Source of the DNA: Octopus bimaculoides
Taxonomy: Eukaryota
Length of the DNA stretch: 64,000 nt
Direction: 5' to 3'
NCBI RefSeq assembly: GCF_001194135.2
Contig: NC_068983.1
Coordinates: 19,975,366 to 20,039,365 of the forward strand
Below the pieces are notes generated by a model. The model searched no databases and was not told where the DNA came from. It worked only from the letters and a program-made list of their open reading frames with translations. The position numbers and the translations under genes are program-made. Within the stretch, counting starts at the first letter, position 1. Every line of letters begins with the position of its first letter. This document shows, one piece after another, positions 1 through 12,262 of the stretch.

Positions 1-410
1 GCCTCTCCTTCACCACGAGACCTCTTTTTCCACAGACGCACACGAACGCCGCGTGCTCCGTTTTGCTAAGGGTGAGTGATGGGGTGACCTTTACAATGGT
101 CTCTCGGCCGATAATCTTCTTGTTTTCCTACACGCTGCTTGACATAACTCCACGAGTCAGCAATGCTCGGACACTGAGCACGCGCAATAAAGTTTTGCCC
201 CTCCACGCGTAGGTCGTGCAATCCTAGCTGGTGGCACGTCCATGCCTGTACAGTTTACCTCGAACTAACAGTGCACTGCGGTAGCACAACAATCTCAGGG
301 ATTTCTGGAAGTTATCCATCGTAGTTCGTGGCCTGAAAGTACTCCGAAATAGAGTAGCTAATTCACCGATGTCGGCGCCTAGTTTCCCTGAGATCGTCAT
401 TGAATTTATC
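1..410 (-). mobile_element. Decayed non-LTR retrotransposon (L1/Tx1-like) ORF2 C-terminal fragment
   Basis: The minus strand translates with stops and frameshifts as ...FRPRTTMDNFQKSLRLLCYRSALLVRGKLYRHG...AQCPSIADSW...SAETIVKVTPS. This is collinear with the better-preserved zinc-knuckle fragment at 21.1-21.5 kb (VQCPTIWDLW...AESIVKIAPS). Confidence 0.65.
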
Positions 411-430
411 CACTACCAGTTTTCTGTATA

Positions 431-477
431 TTTATTTCTTTATTGTCCACAAGGGGTTAAACATAGAGGGGACAAAC
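431..477 (-). mobile_element. SINE family A, 3' tail only
   Basis: TTTATTTCTTTATTGTCCACAAGGGGTTAAACATAGAGGGGACAAAC is the reverse complement of the tail at 63195-63240. It is cut by an N-gap. Confidence 0.8.
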
Positions 478-487
478 NNNNNNNNNN

Positions 488-835
488 CCTGTCCAACTGC
501 TCTTCTCCAAATTACAGGAGCATTCTTCTTTTTTCCTGAGTTTAACTGATTTCTGATGTATTTACACCATTTGTATTCAGTATTTTCTCCATGGCAAACA
601 CAGCGAATGGTTTTCTTGCAGGTTCGAATCTGGTCGAAGCATATTTGATCTGGTAATAACCTTGTATTCTTAGAGTTGTTTCATTCACCTTAATCAGTTT
701 TGTCACAATCATCCACCTTTTGGGAATTTCGGTGGGAAAGTGTTCTTCCCTTTCCAGCCTCAATTTCCTTATCAAGGAGAACATAAAAGAAAGTCGATGA
801 GGGATTGAGTGCAGAAGAAGGTCTCTTTTCCTCAA
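488..835 (-). mobile_element. Possible LINE ORF1 (gag-like) remnant
   Basis: A 97-codon non-repetitive ORF (…PFAVFAMEKILNTNGVNTSEIS*TQEKRRMLL) loosely resembles the SPFAI.K...KLR.G.LL N-terminus of I/Jockey-group ORF1 proteins. This is resemblance only. Confidence 0.25.
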
Positions 836-844
836 TTTTTTCAG

Positions 845-986
845 CCTCGACCATCACATATTTGACACTCCGTCAGTTACGACGACGAATTTTCGAGTTG
901 ATCCGATCTACGGAACAGCCTGCTTCGTGAAATTAACATGCAAGTAATTGAGCACTCAAGGGGCACTCATACCCTTAACTTGGCCC
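845..986 (-). repeat. Interspersed repeat end (probable SINE/LINE 3' tail)
   Basis: A GC-richer block (GCAGGCTGTTCCGTAGATCGGATCAACTCG...GTCGTCGTAACTGACGGAGTGTC on the minus strand) runs into an N-gap. It is single copy here and recognised only as repeat-like. Confidence 0.35.
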
Positions 987-1903
987 NNNNNNNNNNNNNN
1001 NNNNNNNNNNNNNNNNNNNNNNNNNNNNNNNNNNNNNNNNNNNNNNNNNNNNNNNNNNNNNNNNNNNNNNNNNNNNNNNNNNNNNNNNNNNNNNNNNNNN
1101 NNNNNNNNNNNNNNNNNNNNNNNNNNNNNNNNNNNNNNNNNNNNNNNNNNNNNNNNNNNNNNNNNNNNNNNNNNNNNNNNNNNNNNNNNNNNNNNNNNNN
1201 NNNNNNNNNNNNNNNNNNNNNNNNNNNNNNNNNNNNNNNNNNNNNNNNNNNNNNNNNNNNNNNNNNNNNNNNNNNNNNNNNNNNNNNNNNNNNNNNNNNN
1301 NNNNNNNNNNNNNNNNNNNNNNNNNNNNNNNNNNNNNNNNNNNNNNNNNNNNNNNNNNNNNNNNNNNNNNNNNNNNNNNNNNNNNNNNNNNNNNNNNNNN
1401 NNNNNNNNNNNNNNNNNNNNNNNNNNNNNNNNNNNNNNNNNNNNNNNNNNNNNNNNNNNNNNNNNNNNNNNNNNNNNNNNNNNNNNNNNNNNNNNNNNNN
1501 NNNNNNNNNNNNNNNNNNNNNNNNNNNNNNNNNNNNNNNNNNNNNNNNNNNNNNNNNNNNNNNNNNNNNNNNNNNNNNNNNNNNNNNNNNNNNNNNNNNN
1601 NNNNNNNNNNNNNNNNNNNNNNNNNNNNNNNNNNNNNNNNNNNNNNNNNNNNNNNNNNNNNNNNNNNNNNNNNNNNNNNNNNNNNNNNNNNNNNNNNNNN
1701 NNNNNNNNNNNNNNNNNNNNNNNNNNNNNNNNNNNNNNNNNNNNNNNNNNNNNNNNNNNNNNNNNNNNNNNNNNNNNNNNNNNNNNNNNNNNNNNNNNNN
1801 NNNNNNNNNNNNNNNNNNNNNNNNNNNNNNNNNNNNNNNNNNNNNNNNNNNNNNNNNNNNNNNNNNNNNNNNNNNNNNNNNNNNNNNNNNNNNNNNNNNN
1901 NNN

Positions 1904-2067
1904 TCGATTACATCGGCCCCAGTGTGTAACTGGTACTTAATTTATCGACCCCGAAAGGATGAAAGGCAAAGTCGACCTCGGCGGAGTTTGAACTCAGAAC
2001 GTAACAGCAGACGAAATACCGCTAAACATTTTGCCCGGCGTGCTAACGTTTCTACCAGTTCGCCGCC
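1904..2067 (-). mobile_element. SINE family A (tRNA-derived)
   Basis: Reverse complement of the 63005-63240 element. It has an A-box-like TGGTAGAAACGTTAG, B-box GAGTTCAAAC and core GACTTTGCCTTTCATCCTTTCGGGGTCGATAAATTAAGTACCAG. Confidence 0.9.
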
Positions 2068-2427
2068 AGTTTTCTATATATTGCCAGCGAAAAACTTCCA
2101 CCGACCGCATTGCGTAAAAAACAAAAAATTATAGGGGCCCGACGACATTCCAAAGAGACAAAAAACTCGTGTTAATCACGGCGTGCTTTTTTTTTTTCTC
2201 AGAATGTTAAATTCGTAACGAACACAGCAATTGATTTTGCCAACCCCGCAACTTTAATAATAATTTAAGAATAGTTATGAGGAACGTAATTTTGATGAAG
2301 GGTGTTAGTTGAATATGCTGAATCAAGTAATGCACTGTCACCATATATTATCGATCCCGGAGGAGTGAAACGCACTAATAACCTAAGTGAGATTGAAACT
2401 GAACATGAAGAGAAATAGATGAAATAA

Positions 2428-2458
<31 letters not shown>

Positions 2459-2839
2459 AATTCATACAGTGTACATTTAAACACATAAGAGAGATGTCCA
2501 TAATAGGTCATCTAGAAGGGGCAGTGAAGAATTTTGGCTTTCCTGCTGGCCTAGCTAATTATTCTATTTTACTGAAAATAGCTTGAAACCTTGGTTCATG
2601 AAATAGATGGTAACTGTCTTTATTTTTCATTCCCTTTCGATATTATCCCTAATTGTGGTTTGGAGTTTGACTGCTCCTTCTAGCGGGTCAGATGTCCTAC
2701 TACGGACATCTCTCTTATGTGTTTAAATGTACACTGTATGTATTTATATGAATAATATATAGTCTATTGACTAGTTTTTTTTCTTCTCGCTAGACCACTG
2801 GTAGCAAATAGAATTTCTAATTTTTTTGTAACCTGATAT

Positions 2840-2903
2840 TTATTAATATCTATCTAGCTATCTATCTAGCTATATAGCTATCGGTCTGTCTGTCTGTTGT
2901 CCG

Positions 2904-2980
<77 letters not shown>

Positions 2981-3198
2981 TTATATAGCTGTTTATATAG
3001 CTATCTGACTTTCTGTCTCTCTTTCTCTCTATGTAACTGTTTGTTTGTCTACGTATGAATCTATCTAACTATTTATCTTTATTTATTTCATTTATCACTC
3101 TCTCTCCTTCTCTTTATGTGCGTGTGTATATGCGCATGTATGTATATACGTATGTATATATGTATTACGTATACACACATGCACACACATTCATATGT
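2840..3198. repeat. Composite (TCTA)n/(TCTG)n/(TA,TG)n microsatellite
   Basis: Directly visible tandem tetra- and dinucleotide repeats running into a gap. Confidence 0.9.
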
Positions 3199-5029
3199 NN
3201 NNNNNNNNNNNNNNNNNNNNNNNNNNNNNNNNNNNNNNNNNNNNNNNNNNNNNNNNNNNNNNNNNNNNNNNNNNNNNNNNNNNNNNNNNNNNNNNNNNNN
3301 NNNNNNNNNNNNNNNNNNNNNNNNNNNNNNNNNNNNNNNNNNNNNNNNNNNNNNNNNNNNNNNNNNNNNNNNNNNNNNNNNNNNNNNNNNNNNNNNNNNN
3401 NNNNNNNNNNNNNNNNNNNNNNNNNNNNNNNNNNNNNNNNNNNNNNNNNNNNNNNNNNNNNNNNNNNNNNNNNNNNNNNNNNNNNNNNNNNNNNNNNNNN
3501 NNNNNNNNNNNNNNNNNNNNNNNNNNNNNNNNNNNNNNNNNNNNNNNNNNNNNNNNNNNNNNNNNNNNNNNNNNNNNNNNNNNNNNNNNNNNNNNNNNNN
3601 NNNNNNNNNNNNNNNNNNNNNNNNNNNNNNNNNNNNNNNNNNNNNNNNNNNNNNNNNNNNNNNNNNNNNNNNNNNNNNNNNNNNNNNNNNNNNNNNNNNN
3701 NNNNNNNNNNNNNNNNNNNNNNNNNNNNNNNNNNNNNNNNNNNNNNNNNNNNNNNNNNNNNNNNNNNNNNNNNNNNNNNNNNNNNNNNNNNNNNNNNNNN
3801 NNNNNNNNNNNNNNNNNNNNNNNNNNNNNNNNNNNNNNNNNNNNNNNNNNNNNNNNNNNNNNNNNNNNNNNNNNNNNNNNNNNNNNNNNNNNNNNNNNNN
3901 NNNNNNNNNNNNNNNNNNNNNNNNNNNNNNNNNNNNNNNNNNNNNNNNNNNNNNNNNNTATATGTATGTATATACATACGTTTATGGAATATCTATCAGT
4001 GTGGATATATGTGTTATTCCCTTGAGCAGTCAAAGTAAATGATGGAAGACGCACGTGTACGTTACCACACAGAAATGTGAATAAAGAACGTTTAGGGAAA
4101 TCGTACATAAAAGTAAAATAAGCAAGCAAGAATGAAGGGGAAAAGAAAGAAGGAAAAGAATGAAGAAAGAAAAAGAAAGACAGGAAGTGTCTCTGAATGC
4201 ATGAATGAAAGAATGATAGAAGGGTTGATTATTAAGCGTTAGATTAAATGCTAGACTGCAAAAAAAAACAGAAGGAATATTTAGCTACGACAGTGCAACG
4301 AACAAAGCATGTATTTAAAAGAGAACTGTTTGAAAGCGAATAAGAACGTTTGAGATTTATGATAAGTTAAGTGGCTGACCAAATAAAGGGGGCAAAAAGC
4401 GGAACACGGAAGAGCTGAATGTTCTAGAGATTACGCGCAAATTGTGTTGAAGAAGGGTACAAGTAACGATGACACTACGGAATTATACCTTATATGACAG
4501 AAAATGAGATACGAAATATGAGGGTGATATGTAAACACGCTCATATATAACATGAAATAACATAATATATCGAATATAATACAATATAATATAATATTAG
4601 ATAGAAAGACAAGATATATATATATATATATATATATATATGNNNNNNNNNNNNNNNNNNNNNNNNNNNNNNNNNNNNNNNNNNNNNNNNNNNNNNNNNN
4701 NNNNNNNNNNNNNNNNNNNNNNNNNNNNNNNNNNNNNNNNNNNNNNNNNNNNNNNNNNNNNNNNNNNNNNNNNNNNNNNNNNNNNNNNNNNNNNNNNNNN
4801 NNNNNNNNNNNNNNNNNNNNNNNNNNNNNNNNNNNNNNNNNNNNNNNNNNNNNNNNNNNNNNNNNNNNNNNNNNNNNNNNNNNNNNNNNNNNNNNNNNNN
4901 NNNNNNNNNNNNNNNNNNNNNNNNNNNNNNNNNNNNNNNNNNNNNNNNNNNNNNNNNNNNNNNNNNNNNNNNNNNNNNNNNNNNNNNNNNNNNNNNNNNN
5001 NNNNNNNNNNNNATATATATAACATTTAT

Positions 5030-5170
5030 TGTTAGGTGAAATGGAGCAACATCAAATGAAGTGTGTTTCTTAAGAACATCAAATACCGCCCTATTAGGGA
5101 AACGAAACCGCGATCTTACAATCATGAATGCAACAAATAAGCTCTAGGTTCCGCACCTGCACTACCACCA
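5030..5170 (-). mobile_element. SINE family B, degenerate 5' half
   Basis: The minus strand reads ...ATCGCGGTTTCGTTTCC...TGTTCTTAAGAAACACACTTCATTTGATGTTGCTCCA, matching 38040-38130. Confidence 0.6.
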
Positions 5171-5202
5171 ATACTACCCCTAACAATATATTCGCAATAT
5201 CA

Positions 5203-5385
5203 AGACGGCGAGCTTGCAGAATCGTATGCACGACGGGTAAAATGCTTAGTGCTATTTCGTCAGTCTTCATGTTCTGAGTTCAAAATTCCATCGCGATCGA
5301 CTTTACCTTTCATCTTACGAGGTTGATAAAATAAATACAAGTTTAGCGCTGAGGTCGATGTCATCGACTTACTCCCTTCTGCTAA
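5203..5385 (+). mobile_element. SINE family A, diverged
   Basis: GACGGCGAGCTTGCAGAATCG...GTTCTGAGTTCAAA...GACTTTACCTTTCATC...GAGGTCGATGTCATCGACTT. Confidence 0.8.
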
Positions 5386-5519
5386 TGTCTAGTTATTTTA
5401 CATTAAATGTCCATGCAAAAGCAGTGTTAAAATATGTATTGATCTTATTTACGTCAACGATTCATTTGAAGGTATCACTTATATATGCATATTTCCATTA
5501 AAGAAATCTTGAGAAAACA

Positions 5520-5665
5520 ACAGTTTCAAATTTCCGCTGGGGTCGACTTCACTTTTCATCCTGTCGAGGTTGATCAAATAAAGTACCAGTCAAGTAATAA
5601 GATCAATGTAATCGGCTTACCTGCTTCCACGAAACAGTTGGCCTTATACCAATATTTGAAACCAG
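5520..5665 (+). mobile_element. SINE family A, 5'-truncated and diverged
   Basis: TTTCAAATTTCCGCTGGGGTCGACTTCACTTTTCATCC...AAGTACCAG...TTGGCCTTATACCAATATTTGAAACC. Confidence 0.7.
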
Positions 5666-5679
5666 TATATTCACACGAC

Positions 5680-6400
5680 CATCATTGTCAATACATCCAT
5701 CATCTTCCCATAACCGAAACGTAACTACCGTAACAACTCACATTATACGAACGTTAACACTACGGTATTACACGTTTGCATATTTACACTACCGTCCTCA
5801 CCACTATATCTCCAGTATCAAAAGAGTAGCAACACTTTTAATGTATCACACCCGCACTGACTCTACTATTATCTCTACTATATCACCTCTCATATCCTGC
5901 CCTACAAATCACTGTTAACATATCTTCACTACCATAGCATTATCATGGTCACGACGACTGTCACCCCGACCACATAAACACAGCCAACACTTCTATCTTA
6001 CCAACACTACCAACGTCGTCCTCATCTCGCCACTACCAACATCACCACCATATTATCATAAGCAACGATCCTATCATAAAACCCCTATATCACTATAGCC
6101 GTCGCCCTCAACATATCAGCAACACCACCATCATGTCTCCAGTCCGAACATCGCTAGCAATAACATCAGCATTACATTACTCTAATAGCCATTACTACAA
6201 CAGCGGCAACGCCACCGCTGCTACCATGGCATCAGCGACGCCACCACGATATCCCGATAACCATCATTACTGTAAAGGCCACCACCCACATCCTTCCCAT
6301 TACACCATTATCCTTACCACCAACCACTACCACCACAATATCAATACTAATACCATTCTACCAGTATTACTACCATTAAAAACATTGTGTTAAAGTCTTA
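5680..6400. repeat. Cryptic (ACC/ATC/ACT)n low-complexity tract
   Basis: C/A-rich, G-poor degenerate trinucleotide sequence. The His/Thr-rich ORFs here are compositional. Confidence 0.75.
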
Positions 6401-6745
6401 CAACCTACCAATCTGATTAGGATTCTAATCATTGCGGTCGATCAATTGTCTTTCATCTTGTTTTTCAGTAGGTTTCAGCAATCATTCCACCACCCCTCCT
6501 TTCTATATTCTTTTGTTCTCCCTCTGTTCCCTTCCCATATACACTCTTCATCTCCTTTCTATTCTTATTTCTCGCCCCCTCTACTGTCTCTCACTCCTTC
6601 TGACTTGTTATGTATTTCTCCCCGCCCCCACCTCTCCTTAATTCTGTCACTGATTGCTATCTAATATTTTCTGAAGATTTTCTAATCATCTAAACAGAAA
6701 TGATTTCTGTATTAGCTCCGATAACAAAACTAGCTATTTTCTCTA

Positions 6746-6810
<65 letters not shown>

Positions 6811-7248
6811 NNNNNNNNNNNNNNNNNNNNNNNNNNNNNNNNNNNNNNNNNNNNNNNNNNNNNNNNNNNNNNNNNNNNNNNNNNNNNNNNNNNNNNNNNN
6901 NNNNNNNNNNNNNNNNNNNNNNNNNNNNNNNNNNNNNNNNNNNNNNNNNNNNNNNNNNNNNNNNNNNNNNNNNNNNNNNNNNNNNNNNNNNNNNNNNNNN
7001 NNNNNNNNNNNNNNNNNNNNNNNNNNNNNNNNNNNNNNNNNNNNNNNNNNNNNNNNNNNNNNNNNNNNNNNNNNNNNNNNNNNNNNNNNNNNNNNNNNNN
7101 NNNNNNNNNNNNNNNNNNNNNNNNNNNNNNNNNNNNNNNNNNNNNNNNNNNNNNNNNNNNNNNNNNNNNNNNNNNNNNNNNNNNNNNNNNNNNNNNNNNN
7201 NNNNNNNNNNNNNNNNNNNNNGACAGACAGACAGACAGACAGACAGAC

Positions 7249-7300
<52 letters not shown>

Positions 7301-7404
7301 TAACGATCTATAATATTTTTTGTACTAGAGCTTCCATGGCGTGTAGCCCCTCTTTCAGACAAGTCACATGGGCCTGACTTGTTTGATTTATTGAAAATAT
7401 GGTT
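7301..7404 (+). repeat. Direct repeat copy 1 (other copy 9148-9251)
   Basis: 104 bp with 103/104 identity, both copies preceded by (GATA)n. Confidence 0.95.
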
Positions 7405-7637
7405 ACACGCAGTAGACCTCTCTAAGTAACAAGCCACTGGACCGACTTAAGTCAACTTAAACACACACACACGCACACACACACACACAAACACCCATAC
7501 ACACAGACACGAACACACACAAGCACGGACACACATAAGTGTATATATGCATGTATGTGTGCATGCACGCGAGCGTGTGTGTTTATGCATGTATTAATAT
7601 TATTACTATTAACCGCCGGGGAATCGTGAATATGTAT

Positions 7638-8049
7638 AGGCGCAGGCGAGGCTGTGTGGTAAGAAGCTTGCTTCCCAACAACATGATCCAAGGTTTAGTC
7701 CCACTGCATGGCACCTTCAGTAAGCATCTATAACCTCAGACCGACAAAAGCCTTGTGAGTGAATTTGTTAGACAGAAATTGAATGAAGGTCGTCGTATAT
7801 ATGTGTGTGTGTGCGCGCGCGTATATGTATGTTTTTGGGGTCTATGTTTGTCCCACTACCACCGCTTGCCAAATTATCTTCGTGTGTTTACGACCTCGTA
7901 ATCTAGCGGCTCGGCAAAATAAACTGATAAAATAAGTACCAGACTTTAAAAAAGATATACTGTGATTGATTCATCCGACTAGAAATTCTTCGAGGCATTC
8001 CCCCTCATAGCTGCTGTTTAATGACTGAAACTGCTAAAAGATGAAAGAG
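7638..8049 (+). mobile_element. SINE family C, near full length
   Basis: tRNA-like head GGCGCAGGCGAGGCTGTGTGGTAAGAAGCTTGCTTCCCAAC...GGTTTAGTCCCACTGCATGGCACCTT, internal (TA)/(TG) tract, and tail ending GACTGAAAC..AAAAGA. Homologous to 56786-57207. Confidence 0.85.
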
Positions 8050-8102
8050 AACAGAACGTTTCACAACACCGATTATTCCAACGATTGAAGTAAAGATACG
8101 TC

Positions 8103-8334
8103 ATATTTCTTTATTGCCCACAAGGGGCTAAACATAGAGGGGACAAAGAAGGACAGACAAAGGAATTAAGTCGATTACATCGACCCCAGTGCGGAACTGA
8201 TACTTAATTTATCGATCCTGATAGGATGAAAGGCAAAGTCGACCTCGGCGGAAGTTGAACTCAAAAAGTAAAGACAGATGAAATACCGCTAAGCATTTTG
8301 CCCGGCGTGCTAACGTTTCTGCCAGCTCCCCGCC
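8103..8334 (-). mobile_element. SINE family A, full length
   Basis: Near-complete reverse complement of 63005-63240 including the tail. Confidence 0.92.
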
Positions 8335-9086
8335 ACCCCTATAAATCATTCCGATATATAAGTAACAATATCTGCAGACGTATAGTAATACCGTGAATCA
8401 GCAATGTATAGAAATTTGGATGTTCTCGGCAAATCATTCCAGAATGCTCCGGGCGTTCATATATTCAATTGTCATAACGAAAGATATAGTCTTCTATTAA
8501 TGACACAAAATAGACGCTATGTTTATGTTGCAGACATCGCCTTTTTTATAATACACGTATGCAAGAAAAATTACTCACTGTAAATCAAATTTACGTGTTA
8601 GTGAATAAATTTTAAAGTGTTCTTCATCAATGAACTAACCAATTGCTTGATCAAAATTCCTCAATCAATAGTGTTGTATCAATTAATCGATTTCCTTCTA
8701 CCAAATTGTGACAAGCTGTAGTTCAACCGTATATCATTCTGTGTGACAGAGCCCTCATCGTTTCGAGCCTTTTATCTGAAATGAAGCGAAGATTCACAAG
8801 CATTTGAATAGTGATGTTGCAAGTCGTTTTTATGTTACAGAATGTATGAATATGCGGTAACATTTTTATTGTAAAAGGTTTGCGTGTACCCTATGAACTT
8901 AAAGACGTGCTTTTAAGAGATTACACATTACGTTTGTTACAATTATACGGAGCGACAAAGTATTACAGTACTTCAACAACAAAATTTCCTTTTGCTTATT
9001 ATTTCTAAAATATGAAGTAATATTTTTGATGCAGCTGTAGAACATCCTAAAATTGCGTTTATCAAATATCTATTTTCTTAGATAGG

Positions 9087-9147
<61 letters not shown>

Positions 9148-9251
9148 TAACAATCTATAATATTTTTTGTACTAGAGCTTCCATGGCGTGTAGCCCCTCT
9201 TTCAGACAAGTCACATGGGCCTGACTTGTTTGATTTATTGAAAATATGGTT
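9148..9251 (+). repeat. Direct repeat copy 2 (other copy 7301-7404)
   Basis: Near-identical to 7301-7404 and followed by a tandem re-duplication of TTATTGAAAATATGGT. Confidence 0.95.
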
Positions 9252-10147
9252 TATTGAAAATATGGTTATACTTATAAAGGATATTCCTTTATAAGGTTTA
9301 GGAATATCCAGGTAATATGAAACGATTACTTACAATGGAAAGAAGATTATGCGATGTAATATTTCGTTCAATATTTTTCCTCTGTGGATATTTTTATTGT
9401 TCTGTATGTAAAGTATCCTGCTCTTCAGTTTTCTTACTTTTAAAGCAACACTGTTAACGTTGCTAACTGATATATGATTCTTTGCTTTGTTTGCTACAGC
9501 AAAATTATTTCTAATAGTTTAGATTCGGTTCTTGTGTGACCCTTAAATCTAACAGTTTCAACATTTTGATAAAACCCTTCAAGCAGCATTTATTATATCA
9601 CTATAATCTCTTCAGAAAAAGAACAAACCACCATCACGTTGAAAATCCGGGACGCGCGGATCGAAATCTGCGCTAAAATAAGTCTAAGACTTGAATGTAG
9701 CCATTTCAAAAACCTCAGTACTATCGTATGATCCTATGGATAGTTCAAACAATTCATGGTCACATTTCGTAAATAAATCGTCATAATATAGCAACGGATG
9801 TTTTCGTGCAATAATATTAAAGCCCTTAGCACTAATTGGATCAAAAAAGGAACGAAACAACTATTTAATTCTAAAAGTTCTTTGAAGATTGTATTTAGTT
9901 GTACACTAAAAGAACTGTACTGTATCGAACTGCATCAATTACAGACGGTACTTATTGTCATTATTTCTGAAAGATCTGATAAGAGTATAAACAATTCTTC
10001 TGTGCTCAGAGTTGTAAATGAGGGAATCGAAAATATTGGTTATGTATATGAAATATTTAAATCTACGTATTATAATATAAGTGTGCGTCGTGTGTATGTT
10101 TAATATATGACAATATATACATATAGAATACATTTCTATGCATAGAC

Positions 10148-10207
<60 letters not shown>

Positions 10208-10290
10208 ACAAACACGCATATATATACACCTTAATTTATATATATGTACGCATATATGTGTATATCGATGTATGCATAAATATCTGTATG

Positions 10291-10601
10291 TAAGCCTAGT
10301 ACTTATTCTGTCGGCGTTTTTTGCTGAACAGCTAAGTTATGGTGACATAAACACATTAGCATCGGTCGACAAGTGATGGCGGGGGAACAAAGAGAAACAC
10401 GCACACACACACACACACGCACAAAATATACATAAATACATATATATATATATATATATGACGGGCTTCTTCCAGTTTTACAAGGCTTTACTCAGCCCGA
10501 GGCTATTGTAGAAAATAGTAAATAGCTACCCAAGGTGCCAAGCATTGGGACTGAACCTGAAACCATGTGGTTGGGAAACAAGGTTCTTACTACACAGCCA
10601 C
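10291..10601 (-). mobile_element. SINE family C
   Basis: Reverse-strand head (GTGGCTGTGTAGTAAGAACC...GGTTCAGTCCC), internal CA/TA microsatellite and tail (CTTAGCTGTTCAGCAAAA...GAATAAGTACTAG). Confidence 0.85.
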
Positions 10602-10867
10602 CCCAAAAATATACACATATATGCATATATATGTATGCATATATATATATGTATATATATTTATAGACATATATACATATGTGTGTGTGTGTGTGTGTGT
10701 TTATACACATACTTGCACACACACACAAACACACACAACAGAAATTATGTGATATATATATGTATATATGTATCTATCTATCTATATATATATTTTTTTC
10801 TTTTTTTTCTTTTTTTATATANNNNNNNNNNNNNNNNNNNNNNNNNNNNNNNNNNNNNNNNNNNNNN

Positions 10868-10907
<40 letters not shown>

Positions 10908-10910
<3 letters not shown>

Positions 10911-11700
10911 CCTGGATAACAGACCACAATATATTGTGATCGGTGGAATCCACTCAAACCCAGCTGTTTCCTTCAGGGGACTGTCTTGGATCCGTTTCAT
11001 TTTGTAGTCTATATCAACGACCTTTCGGGCGTCGTAAAACACAGCAAAACGAAAATATTTGCTGATGACTCCAAGCTCTAGAAAATTATTAATGAAGAAG
11101 AAGACCGAACTCACGTCCAGTCTGATCTACTTGATGTAAGTCAATGGGTATATAAAAAGAAAATGTAACTAAACGAGGGAAAATTTGAGCTGATACATTT
11201 TTGGAAGAAATACTATGTTGAAACAGCCATACACTCTTCCTTCAGGGGAACCACTAACAGCATCTAATAATATCAGAGGCCTATGAGTAATTGTTAATAA
11301 CAATCTGAGCTGGAGTGCCCACATGAATAGTAAGGTCGTTAAGCTCCTGGATCCTAAGTACATTGCGGTCCAGAGAACAAGGTGTCATCATTCCTCTGTT
11401 CCCCTCCTTTGTACGGTCACACCTCGAATACTGCTGCCCCATGTATTCTCCCCATAAAAAAAAACAAAACATTTCTAAAATTGAATCCCCGCTTGAGGTC
11501 ATTCACTAAAAGAATTAAGGGCATGACTGATCTCGATTACTGGGACCGCCTGAAAACATTGAAAATCTATTCCGTCCAGCGCCAACGTGAGCAATATATC
11601 ATTTGCACGATGCTGAGAATAGACCACCAGCATTGTCAAAACGACCTGGAAAATACGAAAACTAAAAAAAGCCGCACATATGCTAGGACACAACAACCTC
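10908..11700 (+). mobile_element. Decayed CR1/L2/Jockey-group LINE, reverse-transcriptase C-terminal part
   Basis: Frameshifted translation: YLDNRPQY...QGTVLDPFHFVVYINDL...KIFADDSKL (FADD at 11058-11069)...LNEGKFELIHF...VRSHLEYCCPMYSP...RSFTKRIKGMTDLDYWDRLKTLKIYSVQRQRE. Confidence 0.9.
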
Positions 11701-11799
11701 CTAAGCAGACCGAGTGCAAATATCAGCAGCATATAGGAACCGGTATTAAGGAAGGATGGAAAAATATTAGATTTTTAAGCCCTAAAATTCACTCAATAA

Positions 11800-12063
11800 T
11801 TGCTCACAGGCATACTAACCCTAAGATTCCGAGTTCGATTCAAAGCAGTGACCTGAACACTAATAATAATAATAATAACAAAAGCAACAAAATCGAAAAA
11901 TACCTTAGGAATGAGAACCCAGGTTCGAAATTTCCCCAAGACACCTGAAGAAGACTGGAGAGTATATATCAGCTGTAATGTGTTAACAACAAACAGGATG
12001 AGCGCAAATATCCGTCGAAAGTAAATAATGTACAGAATTCCTCATCTCTTAAATATAGAACTG
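11800..12063 (+). mobile_element. Family E element: partial tRNA-like head + (AAT)n + hammerhead-like tail
   Basis: B-box GAGTTCGATTC at 11831-11841. The ~210 bp tail is shared with 19709-19914 and carries a degenerate hammerhead core at 11945-11979. Confidence 0.75.
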
Positions 12064-12262
12064 ACGTATCGATGTTTTTCAATATTTTTCTTCCCATAAG
12101 CATGGTCTATTGCTGAGATTTAAGCCAAAAATTCAGTCTCTCCGTATTTTAAACTGTGGTCTTTTAAAGAATCGATATTTTTTTTTTTAAATAAAAAAAC
12201 AAGTTTCGAAATTTAAATTTCATGGTAACATAGGTTCGCAGGCAAAATGCATTGTTTAGCTA

